DNA of 60,887 bases, counting the filler, from Coriobacteriales bacterium (GTDB lineage: Bacteria; Actinomycetota; Coriobacteriia; Coriobacteriales; UBA8131), in the NCBI GenBank assembly GCA_031263105.1. It is 3 parts of 3 records of this genome, joined end to end, with 100 filler letters (N's around TTAATTAATTAA, not from the genome) between each part and the next. Parts side by side here need not be neighbours in the genome. Positions count along the whole stretch, not along the records: positions 1 to 23,451 come from JAISGJ010000100.1; positions 23,552 to 46,646 come from JAISGJ010000032.1; 1 more part is not named here. One strand, given 5' to 3'. Below, piece after piece: positions 19,312 through 29,097 of the stretch. Made by a program: the position numbers and the translations under genes. The number at the start of each line of letters is the position of its first letter. The stretch's first letter is position 1. Under the pieces are notes generated by a model, which worked only from the letters and a program-made list of their open reading frames with translations, ran no database searches and was not told the DNA's origin.

Positions 19312-22005
19312 ATGAGTACGGCTATGAATGCAGTGCAGGGACCAAAGGAGCGAAACGAACTCAGTCGACGCAGCTTCTTGAAATGGAGCACAGTGTTGGG
19401 CGGAGCTGTCGCGTTGTCCGGTGGCTTTGTGGGCTGTGCGCCAGAAGAAACTGCGCCTGGCGGAGAAACGGCGAGAACGGCGAGTCTTCCGGTCGAAGAG
19501 GGCGAGTGGAAACCGGCACTTTGCAGAAATATGAGTGGCTGCGGTTCTGACTGTGCAAACTTTGCCCTGGTGAAAGACGGCGTAGTTGTACGGATGAAGA
19601 CCGATGATCGTTATGAGGACAGCCGCGACAACCCTCAGCGAAGGGGCTGTCATCGTGGGTTGTCCCATATGCAAAGAGTATATGGTGAAGAACGCCTGAA
19701 ATATCCCATGAAGCGCAAGAGCTGGAATCCGGGTGGAAGCGAGCACAACGGACACCTTCGCGGTATAGACGAATGGGAGCGCATCAGCTGGGAAGAGGCG
19801 ATAGAGCTTACTGCTTCCGAGCTTAAGCGGATCATCGACGCCTATGGCAACAAGGCCATCTATTCGCAATGCCAGGTCCTGAATCATGTCGGGGGAGCGG
19901 TAGACCTGTTTGGAACCACATCGACAGGAGACTCTATCCTTGCGGAGAAGCTCTTCAGGGGCGATCTTCCCCAAAGCCCGGGAATCGACCGCTTCCTTAC
20001 TCGCAAGAACGCAAAACTGATTGTTCTGTGGGGAAAGAACACAGCCTTCACCAGCGCCACAACGGCATTTTACCGGCACCAGCTGATCAGGCAGGACTCA
20101 GGTGCCAAAATCTACTCCATAGCCCCAGATTACAACAACAGCGCAGTGGCACTTGGAGCACTATGGGTGCCGGTTCGCCCCGGAACCGACAGCGCGTTAC
20201 TTCTCGCCATTGCATATCATATGATCGAAAACAATCTCCAAGACCAAGATTTCCTTGATCGCTGTTGCGTCGGGTTCGATGCCGACCATATGCCGGAAGG
20301 AGCTCCGATTGAGGAGAACTTCAAGGACTATGTTCTGGGAACCTATGACGGCGCCCCCAAGACCCCGGAGTGGGCGTCAGAGATATGCGGCACAGCCCCG
20401 GAACTGATCAGGGAACTCGCGACCGACATGGCCACCATCAAGCCCTGCCTCTTCGATATCAGCAGTCAATCCATGTGGCGTACCTCCAATGGTCGTGGCT
20501 CTGGCCATGCGGCCCACACTGTTGGTTGGATGACCGGGAACGTTGGAATCGAAGGCGGTTGCGTCGGCGGTCTGGCGGGTTATCGCAGTCTGGGAGAAGA
20601 TGCGGCCTCTTGGATATATCCGGGGCAGAGCCCTGATCCGAGAATCAGCAATCCGGTCTTCCCAAAATCAGCAGTATGGGGCGGATATGGCTATGACGAT
20701 CCCTTCGATGAGACAATCACTGCCATCGCCTACTCGGAGACAGCAGACGCCATACTCAACAAGGAATTCACGGCCCCTTCACGAGGCAAGGTTCCCATCG
20801 ATCTCAGGTGCATAGTCAACATCGTAAATTTCGGGTTGGGCAACAACTACATCAATTCGACAAGTGGAACCGTCAAGTCTATAGAAGCGTATCGTACCCT
20901 GGAGTTTGTCGTATGCCATGATATCTCGCTCTCGGCTAAATCCAAATATGCCGACATTGTCTTTCCTGACACCTTTGCCTGGGAAGAAGAAGGTTATGTG
21001 TTTCCTACGTTGGGAGCTCCTACAAACGCACTGTATTGGATGGAGAAAATCATCGAGCCTCCGTTTGAGTGCCAAACATCCCGTTATCTGGAACGTGAGC
21101 TGGCGCGAGGCCTTGGCGTCGATCCTGACGACGTGCATCCGTTCTCAGACAAGCAGCTGTTCTTCGACCAGGTGGCAGGCGCAATCTACCTGAGCCCAGA
21201 AGTGCAGCAGATGGCTCCGCTCGTCACAATCACTCAAGAGGACATCGACAACTACGGCGTGAAGGGCACTCCACAAGAAGGCATCATAGACTTCAGGGAG
21301 ACCCTCGATCAAGGTGGTTATATTTTGCACCGCGAGCCAGGAGACTTCTATGAGATGGCCAGTCAGGCCAACACCAGTGCTGCTTTCCGCGCAGACCCTG
21401 AAGGAAACCCCCTGAGTACCCAAAGTGGCAAGTTGGAGATCTACTGCTCCGAACTGAAGAGAGTTTTTGAGGCCTTCATGTTTGAGACAGACGTCCAGTG
21501 TTCTCCCCGCTATCGGAAGACCTTTGACAGCTACGAGGATTCTTTCGGCGACTGGGAAAACAAAGTCAGGGGCCCCTATCCTATACAGATAGTGACGCCG
21601 CATTCGATACGCGGAACCCATACCTGTCTTAATGACATACCTTGGCTTCGCCGTGCCCATCCCCGAGAGTTCGTCATGAACATAATCGATGCTGAGGCCA
21701 GAGACCTGAAGACAGGTGACACTGTTTTGGTCACGAGTCAATTTGGCAAAGTGCTTCGCAATGTAGCTGTTACCGAATCCGTCATGCCCGGAGTTGCCCT
21801 GGCTTGGCACGGGTCATGGGATGACTTTGATGAGAATGGCATCGACCGTGGGGGTTGCACGAATACGCTCATTGGAGCCCGGCCCATGGGATATGGCTCA
21901 CAGGCGTATAACTCGACCCTTGTCGAAGTAGAGAAATGGACCGGGGAACCGCTGCCAGCCGACTACCTGTGGCCAGCGAGAATCCCCCTGAAGGACGAGG
22001 AGTAA
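19312..22005 (+). CDS. Tat-exported molybdopterin oxidoreductase catalytic subunit (DmsA-like)
   Basis: SRRSFLK, FVGC, Fe-S motif C..CGSDC...GC, RLKYPMKR, WERISWEEA, PGTD, C-terminal Mo-bisPGD binding domain. Confidence 0.93.
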   Translation: MSTAMNAVQGPKERNELSRRSFLKWSTVLGGAVALSGGFVGCAPEETAPGGETARTASLPVEEGEWKPALCRNMSGCGSDCANFALVKDGVVVRMKTDDRYEDSRDNPQRRGCHRGLSHMQRVYGEERLKYPMKRKSWNPGGSEHNGHLRGIDEWERISWEEAIELTASELKRIIDAYGNKAIYSQCQVLNHVGGAVDLFGTTSTGDSILAEKLFRGDLPQSPGIDRFLTRKNAKLIVLWGKNTAFTSATTAFYRHQLIRQDSGAKIYSIAPDYNNSAVALGALWVPVRPGTDSALLLAIAYHMIENNLQDQDFLDRCCVGFDADHMPEGAPIEENFKDYVLGTYDGAPKTPEWASEICGTAPELIRELATDMATIKPCLFDISSQSMWRTSNGRGSGHAAHTVGWMTGNVGIEGGCVGGLAGYRSLGEDAASWIYPGQSPDPRISNPVFPKSAVWGGYGYDDPFDETITAIAYSETADAILNKEFTAPSRGKVPIDLRCIVNIVNFGLGNNYINSTSGTVKSIEAYRTLEFVVCHDISLSAKSKYADIVFPDTFAWEEEGYVFPTLGAPTNALYWMEKIIEPPFECQTSRYLERELARGLGVDPDDVHPFSDKQLFFDQVAGAIYLSPEVQQMAPLVTITQEDIDNYGVKGTPQEGIIDFRETLDQGGYILHREPGDFYEMASQANTSAAFRADPEGNPLSTQSGKLEIYCSELKRVFEAFMFETDVQCSPRYRKTFDSYEDSFGDWENKVRGPYPIQIVTPHSIRGTHTCLNDIPWLRRAHPREFVMNIIDAEARDLKTGDTVLVTSQFGKVLRNVAVTESVMPGVALAWHGSWDDFDENGIDRGGCTNTLIGARPMGYGSQAYNSTLVEVEKWTGEPLPADYLWPARIPLKDEE

Positions 22006-22008
22006 GTC

Positions 22009-22632
22009 ATGGCGCAAATGGCCTTCTATTTTGATTCCCGCGTGTGCACCGGTTGCAAGGGCTGCCAGGTTGCCTGTCAGCAGAAAAATGGCCTTCCCGC
22101 AGCCATCGTATGGCGCAGAGTTATGAGTTACGGTGGCGGGAATTGGATAGACAAAGGCAATTACCAGGTTCCGGATGGCGTGTTCCGCTATTTTGTCTCC
22201 GCCACATGCAACCATTGTGCAGCGCCAGCCTGCCTGGCAGTGTGCCCCGTCAATGCCATAACAAAAGACGACGACACAGGAGCAGTTTGGATTGATCAGG
22301 ACGTATGCATTGGCTGCAGAAGTTGCGAAGAGGCATGTCCGTACAAGATACCTGTTCTTAACGAAGAAACGGGCAAAGACGTCAAATGCGATATGTGCAG
22401 AGACTATCTTGCGCAAGACAAATTGCCCCTCTGCGTTACGATGTGCAACCAACGTGCTTTTGATTTTGGCGATATCGAGGAACTGAAGGCAAAGTATCCG
22501 GATACCACGGATGCTGTCGAGCCCCTGCCGCAGCCGACAACAGGCCCCTCTCTTCTCATATATCCTCATAAGGATGCGCAGAGGTCGGGAGAAGGCACCG
22601 GACGGATTTTGAGCCTGCCTTACGAGTACTGA
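22009..22632 (+). CDS. 4Fe-4S dicluster subunit (DmsB-like)
   Basis: CTGCKGCQVAC, CNHCAAPAC, CIGCRSCEEACP, KCDMC. Confidence 0.93.
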   Translation: MAQMAFYFDSRVCTGCKGCQVACQQKNGLPAAIVWRRVMSYGGGNWIDKGNYQVPDGVFRYFVSATCNHCAAPACLAVCPVNAITKDDDTGAVWIDQDVCIGCRSCEEACPYKIPVLNEETGKDVKCDMCRDYLAQDKLPLCVTMCNQRAFDFGDIEELKAKYPDTTDAVEPLPQPTTGPSLLIYPHKDAQRSGEGTGRILSLPYEY

Positions 22633-22634
22633 AG

Positions 22635-23372
22635 ATGCCCATGAGTGACTCAAAGCCGTCAGATGAGACGCTCCTTGCCGCATCGCTGACGTTTGGTGTA
22701 CTGGGCAAGGCTCTCTATCGCGAATTGGACAACGAAGAGCTTGACCAATTGCTCAGAACGCGGGTGTTTACAGAGATTCCTTTTGGAGAAGGACAGGCGG
22801 ACTCACAGAAGGGGATCAAAGAACTAAGCGATTGGACAGAAGAAAATGCTGACGGCTTGAGTCAGGATTCTTGTAATGACATACGTCATGACTTCTTGTA
22901 TCTTTTTGCCGGAGTGGGGCGTCCTTTGGCTGCGCCTTGGGAGTCAACCTATTGCAATGAGTCCCGCACGATGTTTGAGAAACAGACGCTTCAAGTTCGC
23001 GATTGGTACAAAGAGTACGGCCTGATGATCGGGCGTAAGAACAAGGAGCCTGATGACCAAATCGGCTACGAACTGAGCTTCATCGCCCATGTAGCGCACG
23101 TTGCTTCTGAGGCCTCGAAATCCGGAGACAGCGTTGAGCTTGAAGACCTCTTAGATGCGATTAGAGATTTCTTGTGCCAGCATCTGCTCCGTTGGGCTTT
23201 TACTTGGTCAACACGAGTTCAAAAAAACGCCCGATCGAACTTCTATAAAGGCCTGGCTCTGTTAGTGAGTGGGTCACTTCAAGCCCTTTCGCTCGAACTC
23301 GGAATTAAAGCTCAAGATGTCAAGCAGTGCGTTACTGACACACCCCACTGTCACCCCGGCCCCCCCCGGTGA
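22635..23372 (+). CDS. TorD/DmsD family chaperone (3' end runs into a repeat)
   Basis: APWESTY, EPDDQIGYEL, QHLLRW. Confidence 0.88.
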   Translation: MPMSDSKPSDETLLAASLTFGVLGKALYRELDNEELDQLLRTRVFTEIPFGEGQADSQKGIKELSDWTEENADGLSQDSCNDIRHDFLYLFAGVGRPLAAPWESTYCNESRTMFEKQTLQVRDWYKEYGLMIGRKNKEPDDQIGYELSFIAHVAHVASEASKSGDSVELEDLLDAIRDFLCQHLLRWAFTWSTRVQKNARSNFYKGLALLVSGSLQALSLELGIKAQDVKQCVTDTPHCHPGPPR

Positions 23373-23451
23373 CCCCCGCCCCCCCCCGGGGCCCCCGGCC
23401 CCCCCCGGGGGCCCCCGGCCGGGGCCGGGGGCCGCGCCCGCGCCCGGGGGC
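23331..23451. repeat. Left end of MITE-like element degrading into low-quality GC sequence at a contig end
   Basis: GTTACTGACACACCCCACTGTCAC, then almost pure G/C. Confidence 0.65.
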
Positions 23452-23551
23452 NNNNNNNNNNNNNNNNNNNNNNNNNNNNNNNNNNNNNNNNNNNNTTAAT
23501 TAATTAANNNNNNNNNNNNNNNNNNNNNNNNNNNNNNNNNNNNNNNNNNNN
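23452..23551. other. Artificial assembly linker
   Basis: N-run with TTAATTAATTAA (stops in all frames), 100 bp. Confidence 0.97.
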
Positions 23552-23872
23552 CCGTGGGCCTGTCGGTTCCATGGGCTCACCCGCTCAGGGGCTCACCCGC
23601 TCAGGGGCTCACCCGCTCAGGGGCTCACCCGCTGCTTCGCAGCTTCGCCCGGAAACAGCACACTGTGCTGTTTCCCAACGCAGCTTCGCCCGGAAACAGC
23701 ACACCGTGCTGTTTCCCAACGCAGCTTCGCCCGGAAACAGCCCACTGGGCTGTTTCCCAGTCCGCCGGACTGTCGCGCCGTCCTCGCTGAAAACGTGGTG
23801 CGTTTTCCGGGCGCTCGGACCCAAAGATCCCTCGGCGGGGCTCGGGATGACAGTGGGGGCGTGAACAGTAAT
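23552..23872. repeat. Right part of composite MITE-like element
   Basis: Closely similar to 41859-42146; 16-bp GGCTCACCCGCTCAGG and ~35-bp GCAGCTTCGCCCGGAAACAGC tandem units; terminus GTGAACAGTAAT. Confidence 0.85.
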
Positions 23873-24048
23873 ATCAAAAACCCCGGACTTTGCACCATCC
23901 TGAAAACCATCGTCACTTGCATATCGGGCATAGGGACTTATTTCATGAGGGACAGTCGGGTGAGGATGAGGCAATTCATGAGGCAACAACCGCCTCGGGG
24001 TCGCTTATAATACTGCGAGGGAAGTGCCTGTTTCGATCAAAGGTGGCC

Positions 24049-25491
24049 ATGCAAGCGTATCCAACACTCGACTCTGTGACGCGAGCGAGAATACTGTCTG
24101 CCGTTGTCCTTGCCATCGGGTTGACGTTGGCGGGCGTGTGGACCAATACCGTCGGCTACAGTGTCCAGATATTGCCTTTGGGGGCCGAGCCGATCATCGG
24201 GATTCCGAGTGCCGACGCCTTTCGTTTCGGACGGCTGTTCACAGGAGTGCTCTTCATCGTGTTCGCCCGAAAGTTCCCGAAGGCCCAAAACACGGCGGTG
24301 ATCGTTGCGGCACTTGCGCTTTGCATGGGAACAGGATCCCTGGTCATCGCCTATCATCAGACCCTTCTCGATGCCCAGCTGCTCTCCCTTCTGAGCATCT
24401 TTGCTGCAATAGCGTGCTATTCGTTTCTCGTATGGGTCTTTTACCGGCAGTTCGCGCGAAGGCTGCCTGCCATATACGCGGTCTGGGGCATTTCCGCAAG
24501 CCTGGTTCTCGAGCTCTGGCTTTCGGCATTCGTCTGTCTGTCCGTGCTGTCCGAAGTCCAGATCGTCCTCTCCCTTCTCATTCCGTTCCTCATTGCCGCA
24601 GTGTATTTCGTCGCCTATAGGTTCGATGCCCAGAATCCCGACCCAAAGCCCTTTCCCCGCGTATCCAGAAAGTCGGAGAAGTACTCCCTCATCGCCCAGG
24701 TGATCCTCATCACGGTTGCCCTTGTGTTCATCCAGGCTCTCAGCGAGGCAGGAACGTGGGGAGAGTCACGGGGCACGTATGCCGGGTCGGACGAGTTCGC
24801 TCCCGTCCAGCTGGCCGTCGTCGCAGCGATCGTGCTCGCACTCACGCTCCTTGTGTTCCATGCGCCCAGGAGACGTCTGTCCCTGTCGCTTCGGTGCATA
24901 ATCGGTTTCGGCGTGTCCCTTATGGGGCTTCAGATACTTGCCCTCATCAATGACTTGGGAGTGGACCCTCGCCTTGCCCCTGTCGCCGTTGCGATCGAGG
25001 CATTCGCGCATCTCGTGCGCTGGCTTATGGTCATCGAGTGTGTGAGCATGGTGTCCATGCCCTCATACCGGGTCGCCGGCATCGCGCATGTCGCTTCGGC
25101 CCTTGTCGGCCTGCTCGGGACCCATCTCGTTTCCGAGATGGCGTTCGGAAACTCCGCCTTGGTGATGGTGACGATATATCTGCTTCTCATGTCGGTGATC
25201 GTCGTCTTTGTGAGGGGCTACTACAGCCAAAGCACGAGGCTTTGGGCCACCGAAGGCAGACAGGACGACGGTTCCGCCAAGCGCTTCGCCGAAGAGCACT
25301 CGCTCTCGCCTCGCGAACGCGAGATATTCGCACTTCTCATACAGGGCCTGAAATACATCGAAATCGAACAGTCGTGCTCCCTTTCCTCCGGCACGGTGAA
25401 GACCCATGTCTCCAACCTCTACAAGAAGCTCGACGTCCACTCCCGCAAAGAGATGAGGGACCTCTACAACCGATACCGCTCGGACGGCTAG
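24049..25491 (+). CDS. Multi-TM LuxR-family regulator
   Basis: Many TM segments; LSPREREIF...TVKTHVSNLYKKLDVHSR. Confidence 0.92.
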   Translation: MQAYPTLDSVTRARILSAVVLAIGLTLAGVWTNTVGYSVQILPLGAEPIIGIPSADAFRFGRLFTGVLFIVFARKFPKAQNTAVIVAALALCMGTGSLVIAYHQTLLDAQLLSLLSIFAAIACYSFLVWVFYRQFARRLPAIYAVWGISASLVLELWLSAFVCLSVLSEVQIVLSLLIPFLIAAVYFVAYRFDAQNPDPKPFPRVSRKSEKYSLIAQVILITVALVFIQALSEAGTWGESRGTYAGSDEFAPVQLAVVAAIVLALTLLVFHAPRRRLSLSLRCIIGFGVSLMGLQILALINDLGVDPRLAPVAVAIEAFAHLVRWLMVIECVSMVSMPSYRVAGIAHVASALVGLLGTHLVSEMAFGNSALVMVTIYLLLMSVIVVFVRGYYSQSTRLWATEGRQDDGSAKRFAEEHSLSPREREIFALLIQGLKYIEIEQSCSLSSGTVKTHVSNLYKKLDVHSRKEMRDLYNRYRSDG

Positions 25492-25493
25492 CT

Positions 25494-25666
25494 GCTACCA
25501 CCCACACCCCACCGTCATTCCGAGCGGAGCGAAGCGAAGCCGAGGAATCCTCGATCGCAAAGCGATCGACTGCGACCGGAGGGACGCCTCTGCCCGCAGT
25601 CGGCTGCTTCGCAGCCGAAGATTCCTCGGCGGGCCTCGGAATGACAGTGGGGACGTGAACGGCAAC
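25494..25666. repeat. MITE-like palindromic element
   Basis: CCCCACCGTCATTCCGAG...CTCGGAATGACAGTGGGG arms; terminus GTGAACGGCAAC; no clean duplication. Confidence 0.8.
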
Positions 25667-25755
25667 CGAGCAGCCGTCACTGTTCGCTCAAACGCAGTTC
25701 GCTCAAATGCCCGTCAAGGCCGGTTCGGGTCTGTCCGCTGCGGTATACTGGTGTG

Positions 25756-26859
25756 ATGCAGAACAGGATCTCCGATACCACAGCTACGGTCGGACGGCCC
25801 ATCGGCGTGTTCGACTCGGGGATAGGGGGGCTCACCGTCGCGCGCGAGATCGCCCGGCGGCTGCCGCACGAGTCCATCCTCTACCTGGGCGACACGCTGC
25901 GCTGCCCCTATGGGCCGCGCCCCCTCGCCGAGATCAAGGGCTATGCACGGCAGATATCCTCCTGGCTCGCAGGGCAGGACGTCAAGCTCGTCGTCATCGC
26001 CTGCAACTCTGCGACGGCGGCGGCCCTGGAGTGCATACAGCAGGAGTCGCCCGTGCCCGTGATCGGCGTCGTGGAGCCGGGCGCGCGCGCGGCGGTGCTC
26101 TCGACGCTCGCCCGCCGCGTCGGCGTCATCGGGACGGCGGCGACCATCGACTCGGGCATCTATGCGCGCGCCATCCGCAGCCTCGACGCAGGCATCACGA
26201 CCTTCTCGGCCGCCACCCCCCGTTTCGTCGAGATGGTGGAGCAGGGCCTGCGCCTTGACCGCAACCCCTTTGAGGACATCATGGCGCATACCTCCGCCAT
26301 CTACATCCGCCCGGCCTTCCTCGAGATCGCCCGCGACTACCTCGAACCGCTCAAACGCTGTAGAATTGACACCTTGGTGCTCGGTTGCACGCATTACCCC
26401 CTCCTTGCGCCCTTGCTCTCACAGGTCGTCGGCCCCGAGGTGTGCATCATCTCGAGCGCCGAGGAGACGGCGCGCGAGGTGGAGGAGGTGCTTGCGCGGC
26501 GGGGGCAGCTGGTGCCCGACGCCCGTGCGCCCAAGCACCGCTTTGCGACGACCGCTGCAGACACGGAGGAGTTCGCCGCGCTCGGTGCCGCCATCCTCGC
26601 CCATCCGATGTCCCGGGTGCAGACGGTGGCCATAGCGGAGCTCGAGGATGCGCTCGCGCGGTTCGAGGAGGGCCTCGCGCGGGCCGAGAGGGCCTTGGAG
26701 GAGGCTCCCGGGGAGGCTTCTGCGCGGGCCGAGGGGGCCCCTGTACAAGCCGGGGAGGACCTTGCACGGTCGGAGGGCGGGCGGCCTTCCGTGACCCTGT
26801 TGCCCTTTGGGCAGGAAGGAGGAGGATACCATGTCGACGACGCGCGCGAACGGCCGTGA
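25756..26859 (+). CDS. murI: Glutamate racemase
   Basis: IGVFDSGIGGLTV, VIACNSA, LVLGCTHYP. Confidence 0.96.
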   Translation: MQNRISDTTATVGRPIGVFDSGIGGLTVAREIARRLPHESILYLGDTLRCPYGPRPLAEIKGYARQISSWLAGQDVKLVVIACNSATAAALECIQQESPVPVIGVVEPGARAAVLSTLARRVGVIGTAATIDSGIYARAIRSLDAGITTFSAATPRFVEMVEQGLRLDRNPFEDIMAHTSAIYIRPAFLEIARDYLEPLKRCRIDTLVLGCTHYPLLAPLLSQVVGPEVCIISSAEETAREVEEVLARRGQLVPDARAPKHRFATTAADTEEFAALGAAILAHPMSRVQTVAIAELEDALARFEEGLARAERALEEAPGEASARAEGAPVQAGEDLARSEGGRPSVTLLPFGQEGGGYHVDDARERP

Positions 26860-27550
26860 CGGCGCCTCGATGCGGCCGGTCACCTTTACGCGCGGCTGCC
26901 TCAAGGGGCCTTTCGGCTCCTGCCTGGTCGCCTTCGGCGACACGAGGGTGCTCTGTGCGGTGAGCATAGAGGAGGGCGTCCCGAGCTGGGTCAAGGGCAC
27001 CGGCAAGGGATGGGTGACGGCGGAGTACGCCATGCTCCCCGCATCGACGGCCCGCCGATCCCGCCGCGAGACCAGCGGCCAGAAGGGGCGCACGCATGAG
27101 ATCCAGCGCCTCATAGGGCGCTCCCTGCGCTCGGTCGTGGACCTCGGCCTGCTCGGCGAGGTGACCGTCACGGCGGACTGCGACGTCATCCAGGCGGACG
27201 GCGGCACGCGCACCGCCTCGGTGTGCGGGGCCTGGGTGGCGCTCCATGACGCGCTCGGCGCCTGGACGAACGCCGGCAGGGTCCGCTCGAACCCCGTCTT
27301 CGGGCAGGTCGCCGCCGTAAGCGTGGGGCTGGTCGACGGCAGGGTGCTGCTGGATCTGGACTATCGGGAGGACTCGCGTGCCGAGATCGACATGAACCTC
27401 GTCATGAACGGCGCGGGCGAGTTCGTCGAGGTCCAGGGGACGGGCGAGCGTGCGACCTTCGACCGCGCCCGGCTCGATGCCCTGCTCGACGCAGGGACCG
27501 TCGGCCTGAGGCAGCTGCTCGCCGCCCAGCGCGACGCACTGGAGGCGTGA
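26831..27550 (+). CDS. rph: Ribonuclease PH
   Basis: GWVTAEYAMLP, GRTHEIQRLIGRSLR, DVIQADGGTRTA. Confidence 0.97.
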   Translation: MSTTRANGRDGASMRPVTFTRGCLKGPFGSCLVAFGDTRVLCAVSIEEGVPSWVKGTGKGWVTAEYAMLPASTARRSRRETSGQKGRTHEIQRLIGRSLRSVVDLGLLGEVTVTADCDVIQADGGTRTASVCGAWVALHDALGAWTNAGRVRSNPVFGQVAAVSVGLVDGRVLLDLDYREDSRAEIDMNLVMNGAGEFVEVQGTGERATFDRARLDALLDAGTVGLRQLLAAQRDALEA

Positions 27551-27688
27551 GGCCCCGGGCGGGCCCATGGGCAGGAGAGGGAAGGCATGGGCCCCGGAGC
27601 CGACGTCCAGGGCCGGAACCTGCGTCCGGCCCTGGGGCCTCGGCCCGGACAGGACAAGAGGACAAGCGAAGAGTGGAGAGGACCTATC

Positions 27689-28390
27689 GTGGAGCGATTC
27701 TGGAACACCGTTCTCGTCGCATCGAACAACAGGGGCAAGATCCCCGAGATAATCGAGAACCTCGACATGGACGGATGGCAGTTCTTCCCCCTGCACTCGC
27801 TCGGCATCGCCGAGGTGCCCGAGGAGACGGGGGAGACCTACGTCGAGAACGCGCGCATCAAGGCACGTGCGGCCAGGCTCCCGGAGCGTCCCATGGCGAC
27901 GCTTGCAGACGACTCCGGCCTCGAAGTGGACGCGTTGGGCGGTGCGCCGGGCATCCGTTCGGCCCGCTACAGCGGTGAGCGCGCGACGGACCAGCGCAAC
28001 ATTGCCAGGCTCCTTGCGGAGCTCGAGGGCGTAGGCGAGAAGGAGCGCACCGCGCGCTTCGTCTGCCAGATCGTCTATATCGACGAGGAGGGGCGCGAGC
28101 TCACCGCCGAGGGCGTCTGCGAGGGGCACATCGCCCTCAAGCCGCGCGGCAGGGGCGGCTTCGGCTACGACCCGCTGTTCGTGCCCGCCGACCCCGGCGA
28201 CGGCCGCACGATGGCCGAGCTCGCCGCCGAGGAGAAGGGCCGCGTGTCGCATCGCGGACGGGCCCTGCGCTCCCTGCGCGAGAAGCTCGTCGTCCATTAC
28301 GGCTTCCTCCAGTACCGCGCCGAGGACATAGGGCTGGGCGACTTCGACGAGGGGCTCGGCTGCGAGGGCTGCCCGGGGTGTCGTTCGTGA
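27689..28390 (+). CDS. rdgB: Non-canonical purine NTP pyrophosphatase (RdgB/HAM1)
   Basis: ASNNRGK, ENARIKA, LADDSGL, GFGYDPLF, SHRGRA; GTG start inferred. Confidence 0.94.
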   Translation: MERFWNTVLVASNNRGKIPEIIENLDMDGWQFFPLHSLGIAEVPEETGETYVENARIKARAARLPERPMATLADDSGLEVDALGGAPGIRSARYSGERATDQRNIARLLAELEGVGEKERTARFVCQIVYIDEEGRELTAEGVCEGHIALKPRGRGGFGYDPLFVPADPGDGRTMAELAAEEKGRVSHRGRALRSLREKLVVHYGFLQYRAEDIGLGDFDEGLGCEGCPGCRS

Positions 28391-29073
28391 CAGACGCGCC
28401 CGTCCGCATCGTCGCCTTCGACTTCGACGGCACCCTCCTGGAAGGCCACTCGCCCGTGCGCATGGTACGTGCGCTCGCGCGCCGGGGCATCATCCCCTAC
28501 GGCACCGCCCTTGCGGCGCTGTGGTGGGGCGTGCGCTACAAGCTGCGCATCCCGGTGGAACAGAAGGTGGTGCGCGAGTACATCTTCAGGAGCTTCTCGC
28601 AGTTCCCGGCGGCGGAGGCCGATGCGGTCATGGCGGGGCTCTACCGGGATCAGCTGCGCCCCCGCCTGCGCCCCCAGGCGCTTGAGGCCATCAGGGGGCA
28701 CAAGGAGGCGGGGGAGAAGGTCGTGCTGGTGAGCGCGTCCTTCTCCCCCCTGCTTCGAGAAGTCGCCCGCGACGTGGGCGCCGACCGGTTCATAGCCACG
28801 CAGATGGAGGTCGCAGACGGCTTCTATACGGGCAAGGTGGCAGGGCAGCCCCCCGAGGGCGAGCAGAAGCTCCTCCAGCTTGCCGCCTGGGCGGACGGCC
28901 GCTTCGGCGCCAAGGGATGGGTGCTGACGGCCGCCTACGGCGACCACCGCAGCGATGCCCCTCTGCTCGCAGCGGCTCGGTGCGCCGTCGCCGTCAACCC
29001 CGACACCGGGCTCGAACGGACGGCCCGGCGCGAGGGCTGGCGCATCGTCGACTGGAGTGTCAAGGTACGATGA
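28387..29073 (+). CDS. HAD-IB family hydrolase
   Basis: AFDFDGTL, VSAS, AYGDHRSDAPLL, AVNPD. Confidence 0.92.
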   Translation: MTDAPVRIVAFDFDGTLLEGHSPVRMVRALARRGIIPYGTALAALWWGVRYKLRIPVEQKVVREYIFRSFSQFPAAEADAVMAGLYRDQLRPRLRPQALEAIRGHKEAGEKVVLVSASFSPLLREVARDVGADRFIATQMEVADGFYTGKVAGQPPEGEQKLLQLAAWADGRFGAKGWVLTAAYGDHRSDAPLLAAARCAVAVNPDTGLERTARREGWRIVDWSVKVR

Positions 29074-29097
29074 CCCGGAAGGGGGGAGTCGGGCGAT

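Noticed and set aside
19312..22005. Selenocysteine recoding in the molybdoenzymes
   Set aside because: Both catalytic ORFs are uninterrupted, with no in-frame TGA
23452..23551. TTAATTAATTAA as a biological site (also 46691-46702)
   Set aside because: It is an identical 100-bp synthetic linker; adjacency across it is not evidence of synteny
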